Source: Bdellovibrionales bacterium (GTDB lineage: Bacteria > Bdellovibrionota > Bdellovibrionia > Bdellovibrionales > UBA1609). Taken from it: DNA of 64,000 nt. Shown here in pieces: positions 39,377 to 50,231 of this stretch (position 1 is its first letter; each line of letters starts with the position of its first letter). Where the stretch lies: NCBI GenBank assembly GCA_965203095.1, contig OZ241877.1:1344001-1408000 (forward strand). Direction: 5' to 3'. Under the pieces are notes generated by a model. It ran no database searches and was not told where the DNA came from. It saw only the letters and a list, made by a program, of their open reading frames with translations. Made by a program: the position numbers and the translations under genes.

Positions 39377-39673
39377 TCAGGTTTTGATCATAGCTATTAC
39401 TAAGCAAAACAGCACAAGGGACTCAATCATAGCCAAAGCGACCATAAAAGGAACAAACATGCTTTTCCCCGCTTGGGGATTTCGAGCAATACCCTCCATT
39501 GCTGAAGCGGCCACTCTCCCTTGGGCCAAAGCTCCACCCAGTGCACCAAGAGAAATGGCCAGTGCAGAGGCCAGGGCCTTCATGCCAACATCTCCCCCGC
39601 TGGCAGATGATACATCCGCCGCATAAACACTGAATGGTAAAAGGCTAAAAACAGCCCATATCCAAAATCTCAT
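39377..39673 (-). CDS. atpE: ATP synthase F0 subunit c
   Basis: GxGxxGG helix, ARNPQA loop, MIESL; SD GGAGG; N-terminal extension. Confidence 0.92.
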   Translation of the reverse strand: MRFWIWAVFSLLPFSVYAADVSSASGGDVGMKALASALAISLGALGGALAQGRVAASAMEGIARNPQAGKSMFVPFMVALAMIESLVLFCLVIAMIKT

Positions 39674-39703
39674 TTTTCCTCCTTTTTTTAAAGGTTTTGC
39701 CAC

Positions 39704-40393
39704 TTAATGATCATGAGAGATCGCCAAAGCCACATAAACCATAGAGAGAATAGTAAAAACAAAAGCCTGCAAAGTGCAAACAAAAAGTCCAAGAAAATAA
39801 AATATTATAGGGACGAGAAAGGGGGCCATATCCAAAAAAATGCTGATCACAACATGATCTCCCATCATATTGCCAAAAAGGCGAAAACCCAAACTGACAG
39901 AGCGAAACACATGGGATAACACTTCAATAAAGACAAATAGAGGAGCTAAAAAAAGAACAGGACCCAAAAACTGCTTAAAATAAGCCCAGCCATGCTCTTT
40001 TAAGCCATAATAATTGTAAGCTAAAAAGGAGAACAAGCCCAAAGCCAAAGTGGTATTGAGGTTTTGGCTGGGAGGCAAAAATCCAGGAACAAGCCCTAAA
40101 AGGTTTTGGACCCAAACAAACAAAAAGAAAAAGCAAAATAAAGGAATCATTTTCTGGCCATAAGGCCCGATTATGGAATCAGAAAGCTGGCTTATTTGCT
40201 CTACAAAAAGCTCAAAAAAGCCTTTAAGGTTAAATTTTCCTTCAGGGATATATCCTTTTTTTTTGTTTTTTAAAGCTCTGCTCGCAAAAAAAACCAAACA
40301 GAGTAAAAAAATGGCACAAAGCAGGCTGTAAATCCAATGATAAGAATCATGGGGAATCCAAGAAATCAAATCCACCCAAGTAAAATGGGACAT
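39704..40393 (-). CDS. atpB: ATP synthase F0 subunit a
   Basis: SLGFRLFGNM, LQAFVFTILSMVY. Confidence 0.93.
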   Translation of the reverse strand: MSHFTWVDLISWIPHDSYHWIYSLLCAIFLLCLVFFASRALKNKKKGYIPEGKFNLKGFFELFVEQISQLSDSIIGPYGQKMIPLFCFFFLFVWVQNLLGLVPGFLPPSQNLNTTLALGLFSFLAYNYYGLKEHGWAYFKQFLGPVLFLAPLFVFIEVLSHVFRSVSLGFRLFGNMMGDHVVISIFLDMAPFLVPIIFYFLGLFVCTLQAFVFTILSMVYVALAISHDH

Positions 40394-40451
40394 ATATAGA
40401 CAGCTCCTTTTAACTGAGGGGGCCTCTTATAGAGACACCTTTGTTAATAAC

Positions 40452-40588
40452 TATTCCCCCATGAAAAAGTCCACTTTTTATAGATCGCATAAGCAAAAGT
40501 CCAGCTTGTTCGCGGGAAAAATACCTTGGACCCTCACCGCTGGCTTTTGCTTATGCGATAAAAGGCAGAGGCTTTTCACAGGCAACTA
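40452..40588. repeat. Modular repeat, variant stem
   Basis: atcgcataagcaaaag-t-ccagc...aataccttggaccctcacc-gctgg-cttttgcttatgcgat; ends ttttcacaggcaacta. Confidence 0.82.
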
Positions 40589-40689
40589 ACTCTTGTTTAT
40601 AGAAAAAAATTTTTTAAGCCAAGAAAAAACAGAGGCAAAAAGATTTTTTCAAAAAAGCAGGTCTTTCCCTCCTCTGGATTTTCAGCCTT

Positions 40690-42066
40690 TTATGGAATAG
40701 GCTCATTTATTACACGAGAAAATTCCGATTTAATTTGCTTAAGTTTTTTTTGATCAGAAGCAGAAAACCGCATGGACAAAAGGGGCTGAGTTTTCGAGAC
40801 TCTAAAAAGAGCATAACTTGAACTTCTGGAGAGGCGAACACCATCAATGGCGACAAAACTCTCTCCTCTTTGTTGAAGATAGGATTGAATTTGAGACAAT
40901 TTTTTTTTTGCCTCAGCCCAGGACATGTTTATGCGGATCTCCCTCGTCCCTACCCCAACAGTTTGAGGCATTAAAGCTTTTAAAGGTTGATTTTTTAAAG
41001 ATAAAAGCTCTAAAAGCCTTAAACTGGCATAAAGGGCATCATCTGATTCCCCTTGAGAGCCTTTTCGGTCATTAAAAAAAATATGCCCGCTAAACTCTAT
41101 CGCCAACTGGGCCTGAGTCCTCTCCATCTCTGCCCTTATCCTTGCATGCCCACTGGGGATCATTAAAATTTTAAAACCCTCTTTTTTTGCCAAGTTAAAA
41201 AACCAGTCAGAACATTTAACATCGGCTAAAATTAAAGCTCCTCTTTTTTTATCAAGACTTTTCAAAAATAAATAACCTAACTCATCTCCAAAAAGAAGTC
41301 GCCCTGCTTTATCCATCACAGACAAACGATCCCCGTCTCCGTCAAAACCTATACCTAACTCAAAACTCCCTTTTTTGATTTCCTTTTTGAGTTGAGAGAG
41401 ATTTTCTTCCAAAGTGGGATCGGGATGGTGATAAGGGAATCGGCCATCGGGCTGGTCAAAAAGAATTTTGGGATTTAACTGCAAAGCGGAAAATACTTTT
41501 TTAGCTAAAGGGCCTAAAGCCCCGCTACCGGTATCTATAACAAAGGGAGGAAATTTTTTTGCAGAAAATTCTTTTTTAATCCATTCAATATAAGCCTTTT
41601 CTTTTTCCAAGTTTAAATAAGTTCCCGATCTTTTTAAGGCTTTTTGCCTAACTGATTTTTTATTGAGCAGGAGATTTTTAATCCTTTTTATAGGATAAGG
41701 AATTTTATAGTTATGATGGAAAAGTATTTTAAAGCCGTTGTCTTCTGGAGGGTTATGGCTGGCTGTCACCACAACACAAGCAGTCAAATTGTAATGGTTC
41801 AGCAAAAAATAGCAGAGGGGGGAGGGGGCAAGCCCTATAAAAGCGACTTGAGCACCTTGGGCTACCAAATTCTTTGTGAGAGCTTGACTGATCTCCGGGC
41901 TGGAGAGGCGAGCGTCATGCCCCACTAAAAATTGAGGAGGCGAGGCCCCTTTTTGAAAAGACAGCTGGAAAAGGGCTAAGCTCAGATCTTTTGTAAAAGA
42001 GAGATCAAAATCTTTGTTATAGACACCGCGAATATCGTTGGCCCGAAAAATATGAGAAGAAAACAT
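40690..42066 (-). CDS. Phosphomannomutase/phosphoglucomutase
   Basis: FRANDIRG, TASHNP, DGDGDR, EFSGH. Confidence 0.9.
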   Translation of the reverse strand: MFSSHIFRANDIRGVYNKDFDLSFTKDLSLALFQLSFQKGASPPQFLVGHDARLSSPEISQALTKNLVAQGAQVAFIGLAPSPLCYFLLNHYNLTACVVVTASHNPPEDNGFKILFHHNYKIPYPIKRIKNLLLNKKSVRQKALKRSGTYLNLEKEKAYIEWIKKEFSAKKFPPFVIDTGSGALGPLAKKVFSALQLNPKILFDQPDGRFPYHHPDPTLEENLSQLKKEIKKGSFELGIGFDGDGDRLSVMDKAGRLLFGDELGYLFLKSLDKKRGALILADVKCSDWFFNLAKKEGFKILMIPSGHARIRAEMERTQAQLAIEFSGHIFFNDRKGSQGESDDALYASLRLLELLSLKNQPLKALMPQTVGVGTREIRINMSWAEAKKKLSQIQSYLQQRGESFVAIDGVRLSRSSSYALFRVSKTQPLLSMRFSASDQKKLKQIKSEFSRVINEPIP

Positions 42067-42290
42067 AAAAATTTTAAACCTGCTCTTTAGTTAAGTTAAG
42101 CCAGCCTATAGTCTGTAAAACAGGACTTAAGCTGATTTATACCCCCCTTTAGTCTAAAATGATAGCACTAAAAAAACCTCATTCCAAAAGGTTAAAGGAG
42201 ATAAAATAAAAAACTCTTAATAATTAAAGAGTTTAAGAAACAGATCTCTTAAAGCATTTTTTTGAAAGCAGGTTTTTGCCATTTTATTTT

Positions 42291-43262
42291 ATGAAAAAAC
42301 ATATCATTCGGCTTTTTAAAAATCTTCTTCCACCGAGCTTTTTATTATGGATAAAAAATGGCATTCGTAAATTGCTCTTTTTAACTCAAAAGCACGGGCA
42401 AATTATACTTATTGTTGGGATTGCTTTTTTGATTTCTGATTTGCTGGTAATAAAAAGCCACAATTTTTTGCTGGCAGACAATAACTTGCCTCCTATTCGC
42501 CTGTCCCGTCAAAGCTCTGTTTCCGGCTCATCGGTTTCCGATTACAACAACTTATGGGAAAACAATATTTTTCACACAGGGCCTATCCCTCAGCAGTTGG
42601 AAGAACCCCCAAGCAATGCGGAACCGGAAAAAAGCTCTTTGCCCTTTAAATTGAAAGGGACTATCATTCACGCCAACCCTAACCGATCCGTGGCCACTAT
42701 AGACGGAGGGCTAAAAAATAAAACTTCCTCCTATCAAGTGGGAGATGTGATAGAAAATCAGGCAGAAATCCGTCATATTCAAAGAGGTAAAGTGATTATT
42801 TTTAATCAAAACAACAATCGATTAGAATATATTGAGCTACCTGAAGAAAAATACTCCCTGGACATTTCCTACCAAGAGGACAAGCCTCAAGTTGAGGACA
42901 GAGGCATTGTTAAAAAAACTGGTGGCAATAGCTTTCAAGTGAATCGATCAGATGTTTACTCGCATTTACAAAAACTTCCTGAGATTTTAAATCAAGCAAA
43001 AGTTGTCCCTCACTATGAAGATGGAAAGATTATTGGTTGGCGATTTTCATCTGTAGATAAAGGCAGTGTGATTGAGAGTTTGGGCTTTTCCAAAGGGCAT
43101 ATTATTAGAGAGGTGGATGGAGAGACCATCACATCGCCTGAGAAAGCTATTGAGCTTTATGAAAGGCTGAAGTCCAGAAGTGCTGTAAAAATACTTGTCG
43201 AAAAAAACGGTAAGGAAGTATATTATGAATACAATGTCAATGAGGATGCTCCTATAAATTGA
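42291..43262 (+). CDS. gspC: Type II secretion system protein C (PDZ domain)
   Basis: TM, LKGTI HR domain, PDZ-like C-terminus; first gene of the gsp run. Confidence 0.8.
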   Translation: MKKHIIRLFKNLLPPSFLLWIKNGIRKLLFLTQKHGQIILIVGIAFLISDLLVIKSHNFLLADNNLPPIRLSRQSSVSGSSVSDYNNLWENNIFHTGPIPQQLEEPPSNAEPEKSSLPFKLKGTIIHANPNRSVATIDGGLKNKTSSYQVGDVIENQAEIRHIQRGKVIIFNQNNNRLEYIELPEEKYSLDISYQEDKPQVEDRGIVKKTGGNSFQVNRSDVYSHLQKLPEILNQAKVVPHYEDGKIIGWRFSSVDKGSVIESLGFSKGHIIREVDGETITSPEKAIELYERLKSRSAVKILVEKNGKEVYYEYNVNEDAPIN

Positions 43263-46018
43263 GGAAAAACATGTTGTATAAGGGACAACTGCTTATTTTT
43301 TGTTTTGGTCTTCTCTGCTATGTGGGGCCAGCCTTTTCTGATACTAAAGGAAAAGCTGTTTCCCCAATTCCCACAAAATCGATTCCTTTAGGGGGACCCC
43401 CTCCTTCAGTTCCAAAAGGAAAAACAGCTCCTCCGATTCAAAAAAAATCGCTATCTTCAAAAGAGCCTTCCTCAGCTCCAAAAGGGAAAACAACTTTCCC
43501 CATCCGGACAAAATCGTTTTCTTCAAAAGAATCTTCCTCCCCACTGAAAGGGAAAATCACTAAAGTGACTTTTGATAAAGCTTTGCCGGAGGATATTTCC
43601 AATGAGAACTTTCCGGATCGGATTGATAGTTTTGATTTCCCCAATGCCAATCTTCTTGATTTGGTTAAAGCCATAAGCAAACTGACAGGGATCAATTTTA
43701 TTGTTGATCCCAATTTAAAAAGCAAAAAAATTTCCATCATCTCTCCCTCCTCCATCACAGTGGCTGAGGCTTATAAAGCCTTTTTGTCTGCTTTAGCGGC
43801 TAATAATTACACTGTGGTTAAATCCGGAGCTTTTTGGAAAATCAAAAAATCCGAAGATGCCCACAGTGACAATATAGAGGTTTATAGCGGAGATTATTTC
43901 CCCAACACCGATCAGCTGATCACGCGAATTATCAAATTAAAACATATCAATGCAAAAAACTTTTCCACTTCTATTAAATGGCTTTTATCAAAAGAAAATA
44001 AAGATCGAATCTCTGCTTATGAGGGTTCTAACAGTATTATTCTCTCTGACTATGGTTCAGTGATAGAGCGAATTATGAAAATCGTCTATGAAATGGATGT
44101 TCCCGGTTCTGAAGAAACTGTTGAAATTATCCCCATCCAACATGCCTCTGCCGAAGAGTTATCTGGTCTTTTGATAGAGCTTCTCTCCATTAACCGCCCA
44201 TCCTCTCGATCTGCTTATAACCGGCCCAGGGGGAAATCTCGCATGGCTCTTTCTCCTAATGTCAAAAAATCTTCTTCAGGAAATGTAAAAATATCCACAA
44301 TTGTATCGGATTCGCGAACCAACTCTCTTGTGGTTTCTGCTAATGAAAGCGGTTTAGAAAGGGTCTATACGTTAGTCAAAAAATTAGACACCCCAGTAGA
44401 CGCAGGGAGGACTGGAGGGGTTTATGTCTACAATGTCCTGTATGGAACAGCGGAAGAAATTTATAATACCCTTATGGGGATCAAACCCTCTTCAAAACAA
44501 AGCAATAAACAAAACCGGCAGGATGTTTTTTCCCAACCAAAAAGTTCTCGCCCTCGCTCCTTTTCCTCCTTTGGCCGGAGAACTAACAACTCTCCACTAT
44601 TTGATGAAAGTGTGGGCATCCTTTCAGATACTAATACCAATAGCTTAATTATTAGTGCAAAAAGCAAATACGATTATGAGAGAGTCTTGTCTGTTTTAAA
44701 AAAAATTGATGTTCCAAGGGATCAGGTTTTTATACAAGCCATTATTATTGAAATGTTAGTTAGTAAGGGGAATAGTAGGGAATTTAATTTGGCAGGAGCT
44801 GTGGGCAATCTTTTTGAAAACAGTTTTCTGGCAGAAATTGGTTTTAAAAACATTTTAGGTTCTTCTATAGCTGGTTTTTTAAGTCAGTCTTTTGGTTTAG
44901 ATAATCTGAAACCTGCTGGCATAGGGCCGGGCCTTATTTTGAGTGCTCCTTTAAGCAGTTTTTTATCGGATTCTCAAGGGACGGCTTTTCCTCCAATAGA
45001 TTCTGTAGTCTCCAGTGAAAGGGCGGCAACAATTCAAAGTCGAAGAGATGATATGTATCTTAAAGAAAATCGCCTTCTTCGGTATTCTCAAATTCCTTTA
45101 TTAAAAATGTTAAAAACAGCTACCAATATCAATATTCTCTCCACTCCACAATTAACCACCTTAGACAATGTGAAAGCCTTTATCGAAGTAGGGGAAAATG
45201 CCCCTGTGGGATTAACCAGCACAGCTACAGCGGGGGCCTTGGCTCAAAATTCTGTAGATAGAGAGGACATTACATTGCGGTTAGATATACTCCCCCGAAT
45301 CAATCCTGAATCGGGAACTGTGCAAATGGATATTACTCAAAAATTTGACGATTTTTCCGATAGAAATCCCACAGCCAGTGAGTTGGCCGCTCGTAGTGTG
45401 AACATTGTAAAAAGACAAATAAAGACTAAAATGGTTTTAAACGACGGGGAAACAGCAGTTTTAGGAGGGCTTTTAACCGATAAAGAAATTCAAAAAGACA
45501 ATAAAGTGCCTTTGTTAGGTGATCTTCCGGTTATAGGTTGGCTGTTTAAAGGTTCATCAGTTCAAAAAGAAAAACGGAATCTGATGGTTTTTATTACTCC
45601 TACTATTATCAAAGGGGAAATACATAAGGAAAAAACAAAAGAAATTTTAGGTAAAAAACTGGAAGAGAGAATACAATTCATCAAACAGAATGCAAAGGGA
45701 ACAGACCCTCACGGGATAACTTTAAAAAAATTAATTTCTGAACCTGAGTCTTTTTTAAACAGTAATAAAAAGAGTGAGATGGAACAAAACTCCTCTTTTG
45801 AAAAAACTCCTGAGCAACAAGATCAAACCTTGCCTATTGATGAATTTGATTTTCAAGAAATAGTGCCTGATGAATCCGAGGAGTTAAGGCCGGAAGATTA
45901 TTCGCCAGCTCTTCCGGAAGAAGATCCCTCTCCAGGGACAGACAATGAGTTTTTAGAGGAATCGGAAGTTGAAGATTCTGATTATAATCCTATTCCTTCA
46001 TCTCCAGAAAATTTTTAG
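43259..46018 (+). CDS. gspD: Type II secretion secretin
   Basis: N0-N3 domains, QVFIQAIIIE, KVPLLGDLPVIGWLF; Pro/Lys/Ser N-terminal repeats, acidic tail. Confidence 0.92.
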   Translation: MRKNMLYKGQLLIFCFGLLCYVGPAFSDTKGKAVSPIPTKSIPLGGPPPSVPKGKTAPPIQKKSLSSKEPSSAPKGKTTFPIRTKSFSSKESSSPLKGKITKVTFDKALPEDISNENFPDRIDSFDFPNANLLDLVKAISKLTGINFIVDPNLKSKKISIISPSSITVAEAYKAFLSALAANNYTVVKSGAFWKIKKSEDAHSDNIEVYSGDYFPNTDQLITRIIKLKHINAKNFSTSIKWLLSKENKDRISAYEGSNSIILSDYGSVIERIMKIVYEMDVPGSEETVEIIPIQHASAEELSGLLIELLSINRPSSRSAYNRPRGKSRMALSPNVKKSSSGNVKISTIVSDSRTNSLVVSANESGLERVYTLVKKLDTPVDAGRTGGVYVYNVLYGTAEEIYNTLMGIKPSSKQSNKQNRQDVFSQPKSSRPRSFSSFGRRTNNSPLFDESVGILSDTNTNSLIISAKSKYDYERVLSVLKKIDVPRDQVFIQAIIIEMLVSKGNSREFNLAGAVGNLFENSFLAEIGFKNILGSSIAGFLSQSFGLDNLKPAGIGPGLILSAPLSSFLSDSQGTAFPPIDSVVSSERAATIQSRRDDMYLKENRLLRYSQIPLLKMLKTATNINILSTPQLTTLDNVKAFIEVGENAPVGLTSTATAGALAQNSVDREDITLRLDILPRINPESGTVQMDITQKFDDFSDRNPTASELAARSVNIVKRQIKTKMVLNDGETAVLGGLLTDKEIQKDNKVPLLGDLPVIGWLFKGSSVQKEKRNLMVFITPTIIKGEIHKEKTKEILGKKLEERIQFIKQNAKGTDPHGITLKKLISEPESFLNSNKKSEMEQNSSFEKTPEQQDQTLPIDEFDFQEIVPDESEELRPEDYSPALPEEDPSPGTDNEFLEESEVEDSDYNPIPSSPENF

Positions 46019-46042
46019 TTTTTAAAAGGAGGCACTTTTACC

Positions 46043-47719
46043 GTGGCAATGGAGCAGGAAAAAATTGAGCAAATCTTTCTTAAGTCCACCTCCTTAACAG
46101 CAACTCAAATCCAGCAAATTTTGGAAATGAAAAATCAAAAAGGGACCAGCTTGCGGAAATCTTTAGAAAACAAAAAAACAGCCAACAGTGCATTGATGGA
46201 GCTGTGCCGAAGGTTAGATATTGTTTTTTTGCCGGACATTCCTTTTTCTGAAATCCCTTTAGATCTTATTTCCGGTATCCCCATTCAATACGCAAAAAGC
46301 CATAACATTTTACCTTATAAAGCCAGTGAAAAAAGCATTCAAATTTTAACCAGCAATCCTTTAAACTTTGAAGTTTTTAATAGTTTAAAAGTAAAATTTA
46401 AAAAACCTATAGAACCAGTAATGAGTTTTAATTATAAAATTCAAGAAGCCATAAACAGGGTTTATGAAAAAAGTGCACAAGATTTTGATGAGTTTGAAGA
46501 CATACAAGCAGAAGAATACAGCTTGCAAGATCCTGTGATTGACCTTTTAGATGCACACGATGAGGCCCCTATTATTAAGTTAGTGAATACCATATTGGTT
46601 CGTGCTGTAAAGGAAAGAGCCTCAGACATTCACTTAGAGCCTTATGAAAAGGAGTTTTTGATTCGATTTCGTGTGGACGGGAATCTTTACTCTGTTTTAA
46701 AACTCAAAAAACGACTTCAAAGTGCTATTAGCTCTCGAATCAAAATTATGGGAAAACTCAATATTGCAGAAAAGCGACTCCCTCAAGATGGAAGCATCCC
46801 TTTAAGGTTGGCGGGAAAAGATATTGACATTCGTTTAAACACCATCCCCACAGCTTTTGGAGAAAGATTAGTGTTGCGACTGCAAGATCGCTCTCAAACT
46901 TTTTTGCAAATCGATCAGTTAGGTTTTTCTCAAAAAAACAGAGAGCAGTTGGAAGGGCTTTTAGGGAAAAGCTACGGGATCATTTTAGCTACCGGCCCTA
47001 CGGGAAGTGGTAAATCTTCAACTCTTTATGCTTGCCTTTCGCGTATCAATTCTAATGACATAAATATTATCACTATTGAAGATCCTGTAGAGCAAAGGAT
47101 CCAGGGCTTAGGGCAAATTCAAGTGAACTCCAAAATTGGTTTAACTTTTGCTAAAGGCTTGAGATCCATTTTAAGGCAAGACCCTGATGTAATTATGGTT
47201 GGTGAGATTAGAGATCTGGAGACTATGAAAATATCTATAAACGCCTCTTTAACAGGGCATTTGGTGCTTTCTACATTGCACACTAACGATTCTGCTGGAG
47301 TATTTCCTCGGCTGATAGATATGGGTTGTGAACCGTTTTTAATTGCCACTTCCCTTTTAGGGGTGATCTCACAAAGGTTAGTGAGACTGCTTTGCTCGCA
47401 CTGTAAAATCCCTCATCAACCAACAAAAAATGAACTGAATGCTCTTGCCGGATATGGGATCAAAAAAACATTTTATAAAACAAAAGGTTGTGCCAAATGC
47501 AATTATAAAGGCTATCTTGGCAGGACCGCCATATCTGAAATTCTTATTGTTAATGATGAAATTCGCTCTTTAATTTTGCAAAACTCTACTGGAAACGATA
47601 TAAAAAAGAAAGCCATTGAGCAGGGGATGATCACTTTTAGAGAGCATGGTTTTGAAAAGGCAGTAGAGGGCTTAACAACTATTGAAGAAGTTTTATCCAA
47701 CACACAGTTAGATATTTAA
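46043..47719 (+). CDS. gspE: Type II secretion ATPase
   Basis: ASDIHLEP, GPTGSGKS, LRQDPDVIMVGEIRD, tetracysteine motif. Confidence 0.95.
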   Translation: MAMEQEKIEQIFLKSTSLTATQIQQILEMKNQKGTSLRKSLENKKTANSALMELCRRLDIVFLPDIPFSEIPLDLISGIPIQYAKSHNILPYKASEKSIQILTSNPLNFEVFNSLKVKFKKPIEPVMSFNYKIQEAINRVYEKSAQDFDEFEDIQAEEYSLQDPVIDLLDAHDEAPIIKLVNTILVRAVKERASDIHLEPYEKEFLIRFRVDGNLYSVLKLKKRLQSAISSRIKIMGKLNIAEKRLPQDGSIPLRLAGKDIDIRLNTIPTAFGERLVLRLQDRSQTFLQIDQLGFSQKNREQLEGLLGKSYGIILATGPTGSGKSSTLYACLSRINSNDINIITIEDPVEQRIQGLGQIQVNSKIGLTFAKGLRSILRQDPDVIMVGEIRDLETMKISINASLTGHLVLSTLHTNDSAGVFPRLIDMGCEPFLIATSLLGVISQRLVRLLCSHCKIPHQPTKNELNALAGYGIKKTFYKTKGCAKCNYKGYLGRTAISEILIVNDEIRSLILQNSTGNDIKKKAIEQGMITFREHGFEKAVEGLTTIEEVLSNTQLDI

Positions 47720-47733
47720 AAATCTATTTTCCC

Positions 47734-48945
47734 ATGTCTGTATTTGAATATAAAGGGTTAAATTCATCAGGTCGCTTGATCAAAGGGCGATGGGAGGCAG
47801 AAAACCTATCGACAGCCAAAAGAGAATTAAAAAGCCAGGGGATTTTTCTTCAAGAAATCAAAAGCCAAAGTCATGAGGAGCGAGGGGTTGTTCTCCCTTT
47901 TGGATCAAAAAAAATTAAGACAAAAGAGTTAGCTATTTTCACTCGTCTTTTATCTTCTCTGTTAAGGGCTGGTGTCCCTTTAGTGGAAGCATTAGATTCC
48001 ATATCGCAACAGTTGCCCAATGCTCGCTTTCGTTTAACTGTGGCCCGATTGAAAGATCAGGTCAATGAGGGAAAGCCCTTTCACTTGGCTTTAAAAGAAT
48101 ACCCTTTGATTTTTGATATGATTTATGTCTCTTTATGCGAATCGGGAGAGGCCAGCGGTTCTTTAGACAATATTTTAGAGCAAATTGCCGATTTAATGGA
48201 AAAGCGATCGGCTGTTCAAAATAAAGTTTTAATGGCTTTATTTTATCCAGGAATACTGCTGACTATTGCTCTGTCTGTGATGATTATCCTTTGTGTTTAT
48301 GTAATACCTAACTTAATGGATCTGTTTGAAAGTGCTGAAGATCTTCCTTGGATGACTAAAGTGACATTAAGCTTAAGTCATTTTCTTGTTAATTATTGGT
48401 TGGTTCTCATTATAACAAGTTTTGCTTTTTTTTATGCCTTTCTCAAATGGAAAAAATCTTTAAGAGGGAGAAAATCTTGGGATCGTTTAATTTTATCTTT
48501 CCCTGTAATAGGGCGATTGATTAGAGCCGCGGATATTGCTATGTTTTCAAAAACTTTATCCACTTTGCTTAAAGGGGGAGTGCCTGTTTTAAAGTCTATG
48601 GAAATTGTTCAAAATGTATTGAGCAATAGCCTCATTCAACAAGCTGTTCAAAAAGCAAGAGAAAACATTAAAGAGGGAGAACCAGTGGTTGAGCCTTTAG
48701 CCCGATCGGGCCAGTTCCCGCCAGTGGTTTTGCAAATGATACGAGTAGGGGAAAAAACAGGGGAATTAGAAAGCATGTTGGAGCAGATCAGCCAATCTTA
48801 TGATCGGCAAGTGGAGGTGGAAGTCTCTGCTCTAACAGCACTTTTAGGCCCTGTGATGATCCTCTTTATGGCTTTAATAATTGCTTTTATTTTAATGTCT
48901 GTTCTTATGCCTATGATGAGCAGTTTTGATGCTATTGGAGGCTGA
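47734..48945 (+). CDS. gspF: Type II secretion inner-membrane protein F
   Basis: GVPLVEAL, GEASGSL, YP, GEKTGEL. Confidence 0.92.
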   Translation: MSVFEYKGLNSSGRLIKGRWEAENLSTAKRELKSQGIFLQEIKSQSHEERGVVLPFGSKKIKTKELAIFTRLLSSLLRAGVPLVEALDSISQQLPNARFRLTVARLKDQVNEGKPFHLALKEYPLIFDMIYVSLCESGEASGSLDNILEQIADLMEKRSAVQNKVLMALFYPGILLTIALSVMIILCVYVIPNLMDLFESAEDLPWMTKVTLSLSHFLVNYWLVLIITSFAFFYAFLKWKKSLRGRKSWDRLILSFPVIGRLIRAADIAMFSKTLSTLLKGGVPVLKSMEIVQNVLSNSLIQQAVQKARENIKEGEPVVEPLARSGQFPPVVLQMIRVGEKTGELESMLEQISQSYDRQVEVEVSALTALLGPVMILFMALIIAFILMSVLMPMMSSFDAIGG

Positions 48946-49011
48946 GCTTTATTTATAATATCTTGATAATTAGTCTTGACTTTTTATCAATAGGCTGAAT
49001 AATAATTATAT

Positions 49012-50187
49012 ATGAAAATCCGCTACTTGAACTCTGTAATATGTGATGATGCTTTTAAAAGCCGGAAAATAGCCTTTGTCAGTGGCCCTCGACAAGTGGG
49101 CAAAACCACTTTGGGCCAACAATTATTGAAAGATAAAAATAATTATTTTTCATGGGATCAAACAGAGTTTAGAAGGCTATGGGCAAAAAATCCTGAAAAG
49201 ATATTAGAACAAATAGGCTCTGGTCCGGTCTTATTTGATGAAATTCATAAAGACCGATTTTGGAAATTAAAAATTAAGAGTATTTATGATAGTCATTCCG
49301 ATCAGCTTTCTATTTTAGTGACAGGAAGTGCTCGTCTTGATATATACCGTAAAGGAAGTGATAGCCTTTTGGGGAGATATATCCCTTATCGCTTGCATCC
49401 TTTTTCTGTTTCGGAAAGTTTAACTCCTCCGGCTCCAAGTGAAGTTTTAAAAAAATTTAAAGTCTCTTATCCATGGAAAGATCTGATAGTTTTAGGGGGT
49501 TATCCTGAGCCTTTATTATCCGGTCGGGAACAAAAAGCAAGAAGATGGTCTCGCCTTCGTTTAGATCGCTTGGCTTATGAAGACACAAGAGACATTAAAG
49601 TCATTTCTAATTTAAACGCTTTTAGAACTCTTTTAGATTTAGTTCCTGAAAAAGTAGGTTCTCTTTTCTCTTTTCACTCTTTGAGAGAGGATATAGGAAC
49701 AGCTTATGCCACTGTGAGAGATTGGATTTTGCTGTCGGAAATGCTTTATTACGGTTTTTTTATAAAACCTTATTCTAAAAAATTTAAAAGATCAATTAAA
49801 GCTCTACCAAAATTTTATCTTTATGATATTTTACAAATTCCAAAAACAGAAAATTCTAAACGGTTGGAAAATTTAACAGCACTTCATCTTTTGAAGGCTT
49901 GTCATTTTTGGACAGACATTGGAGAGGATTTTTTTGAATTGTCTTTTGTAAGAGATAAAGAAAAAAGAGAGGTGGATTTTTTAATCATTAAAGACAAAAA
50001 ACCTTGGATGTTGATAGAATGCAAATCCAATTCAAAAAAGCCGACTCCTAATCTGCTTTATTACTCAAAAAAGCTAAAAACAGCTTTAAACTTTCAGCTC
50101 ATTGACTGCAAAAACTATGATAGAAAATATCGGCTACCCAATGTGCGAGTGATGGACTATGAAAAGTTTTTCTCTGGATTCTTATAA
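49012..50187 (+). CDS. AAA_14 ATP-binding protein with DUF4143/PD-(D/E)XK C-terminus
   Basis: GPRQVGKTT, LFDEIH, VTGSA, GGYP, REVDFL..LIECK. Confidence 0.85.
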   Translation: MKIRYLNSVICDDAFKSRKIAFVSGPRQVGKTTLGQQLLKDKNNYFSWDQTEFRRLWAKNPEKILEQIGSGPVLFDEIHKDRFWKLKIKSIYDSHSDQLSILVTGSARLDIYRKGSDSLLGRYIPYRLHPFSVSESLTPPAPSEVLKKFKVSYPWKDLIVLGGYPEPLLSGREQKARRWSRLRLDRLAYEDTRDIKVISNLNAFRTLLDLVPEKVGSLFSFHSLREDIGTAYATVRDWILLSEMLYYGFFIKPYSKKFKRSIKALPKFYLYDILQIPKTENSKRLENLTALHLLKACHFWTDIGEDFFELSFVRDKEKREVDFLIIKDKKPWMLIECKSNSKKPTPNLLYYSKKLKTALNFQLIDCKNYDRKYRLPNVRVMDYEKFFSGFL

Positions 50188-50231
50188 GACAGGTTTCACC
50201 TCAAAGAAGGCGAATTTGAGCTATTCATAGT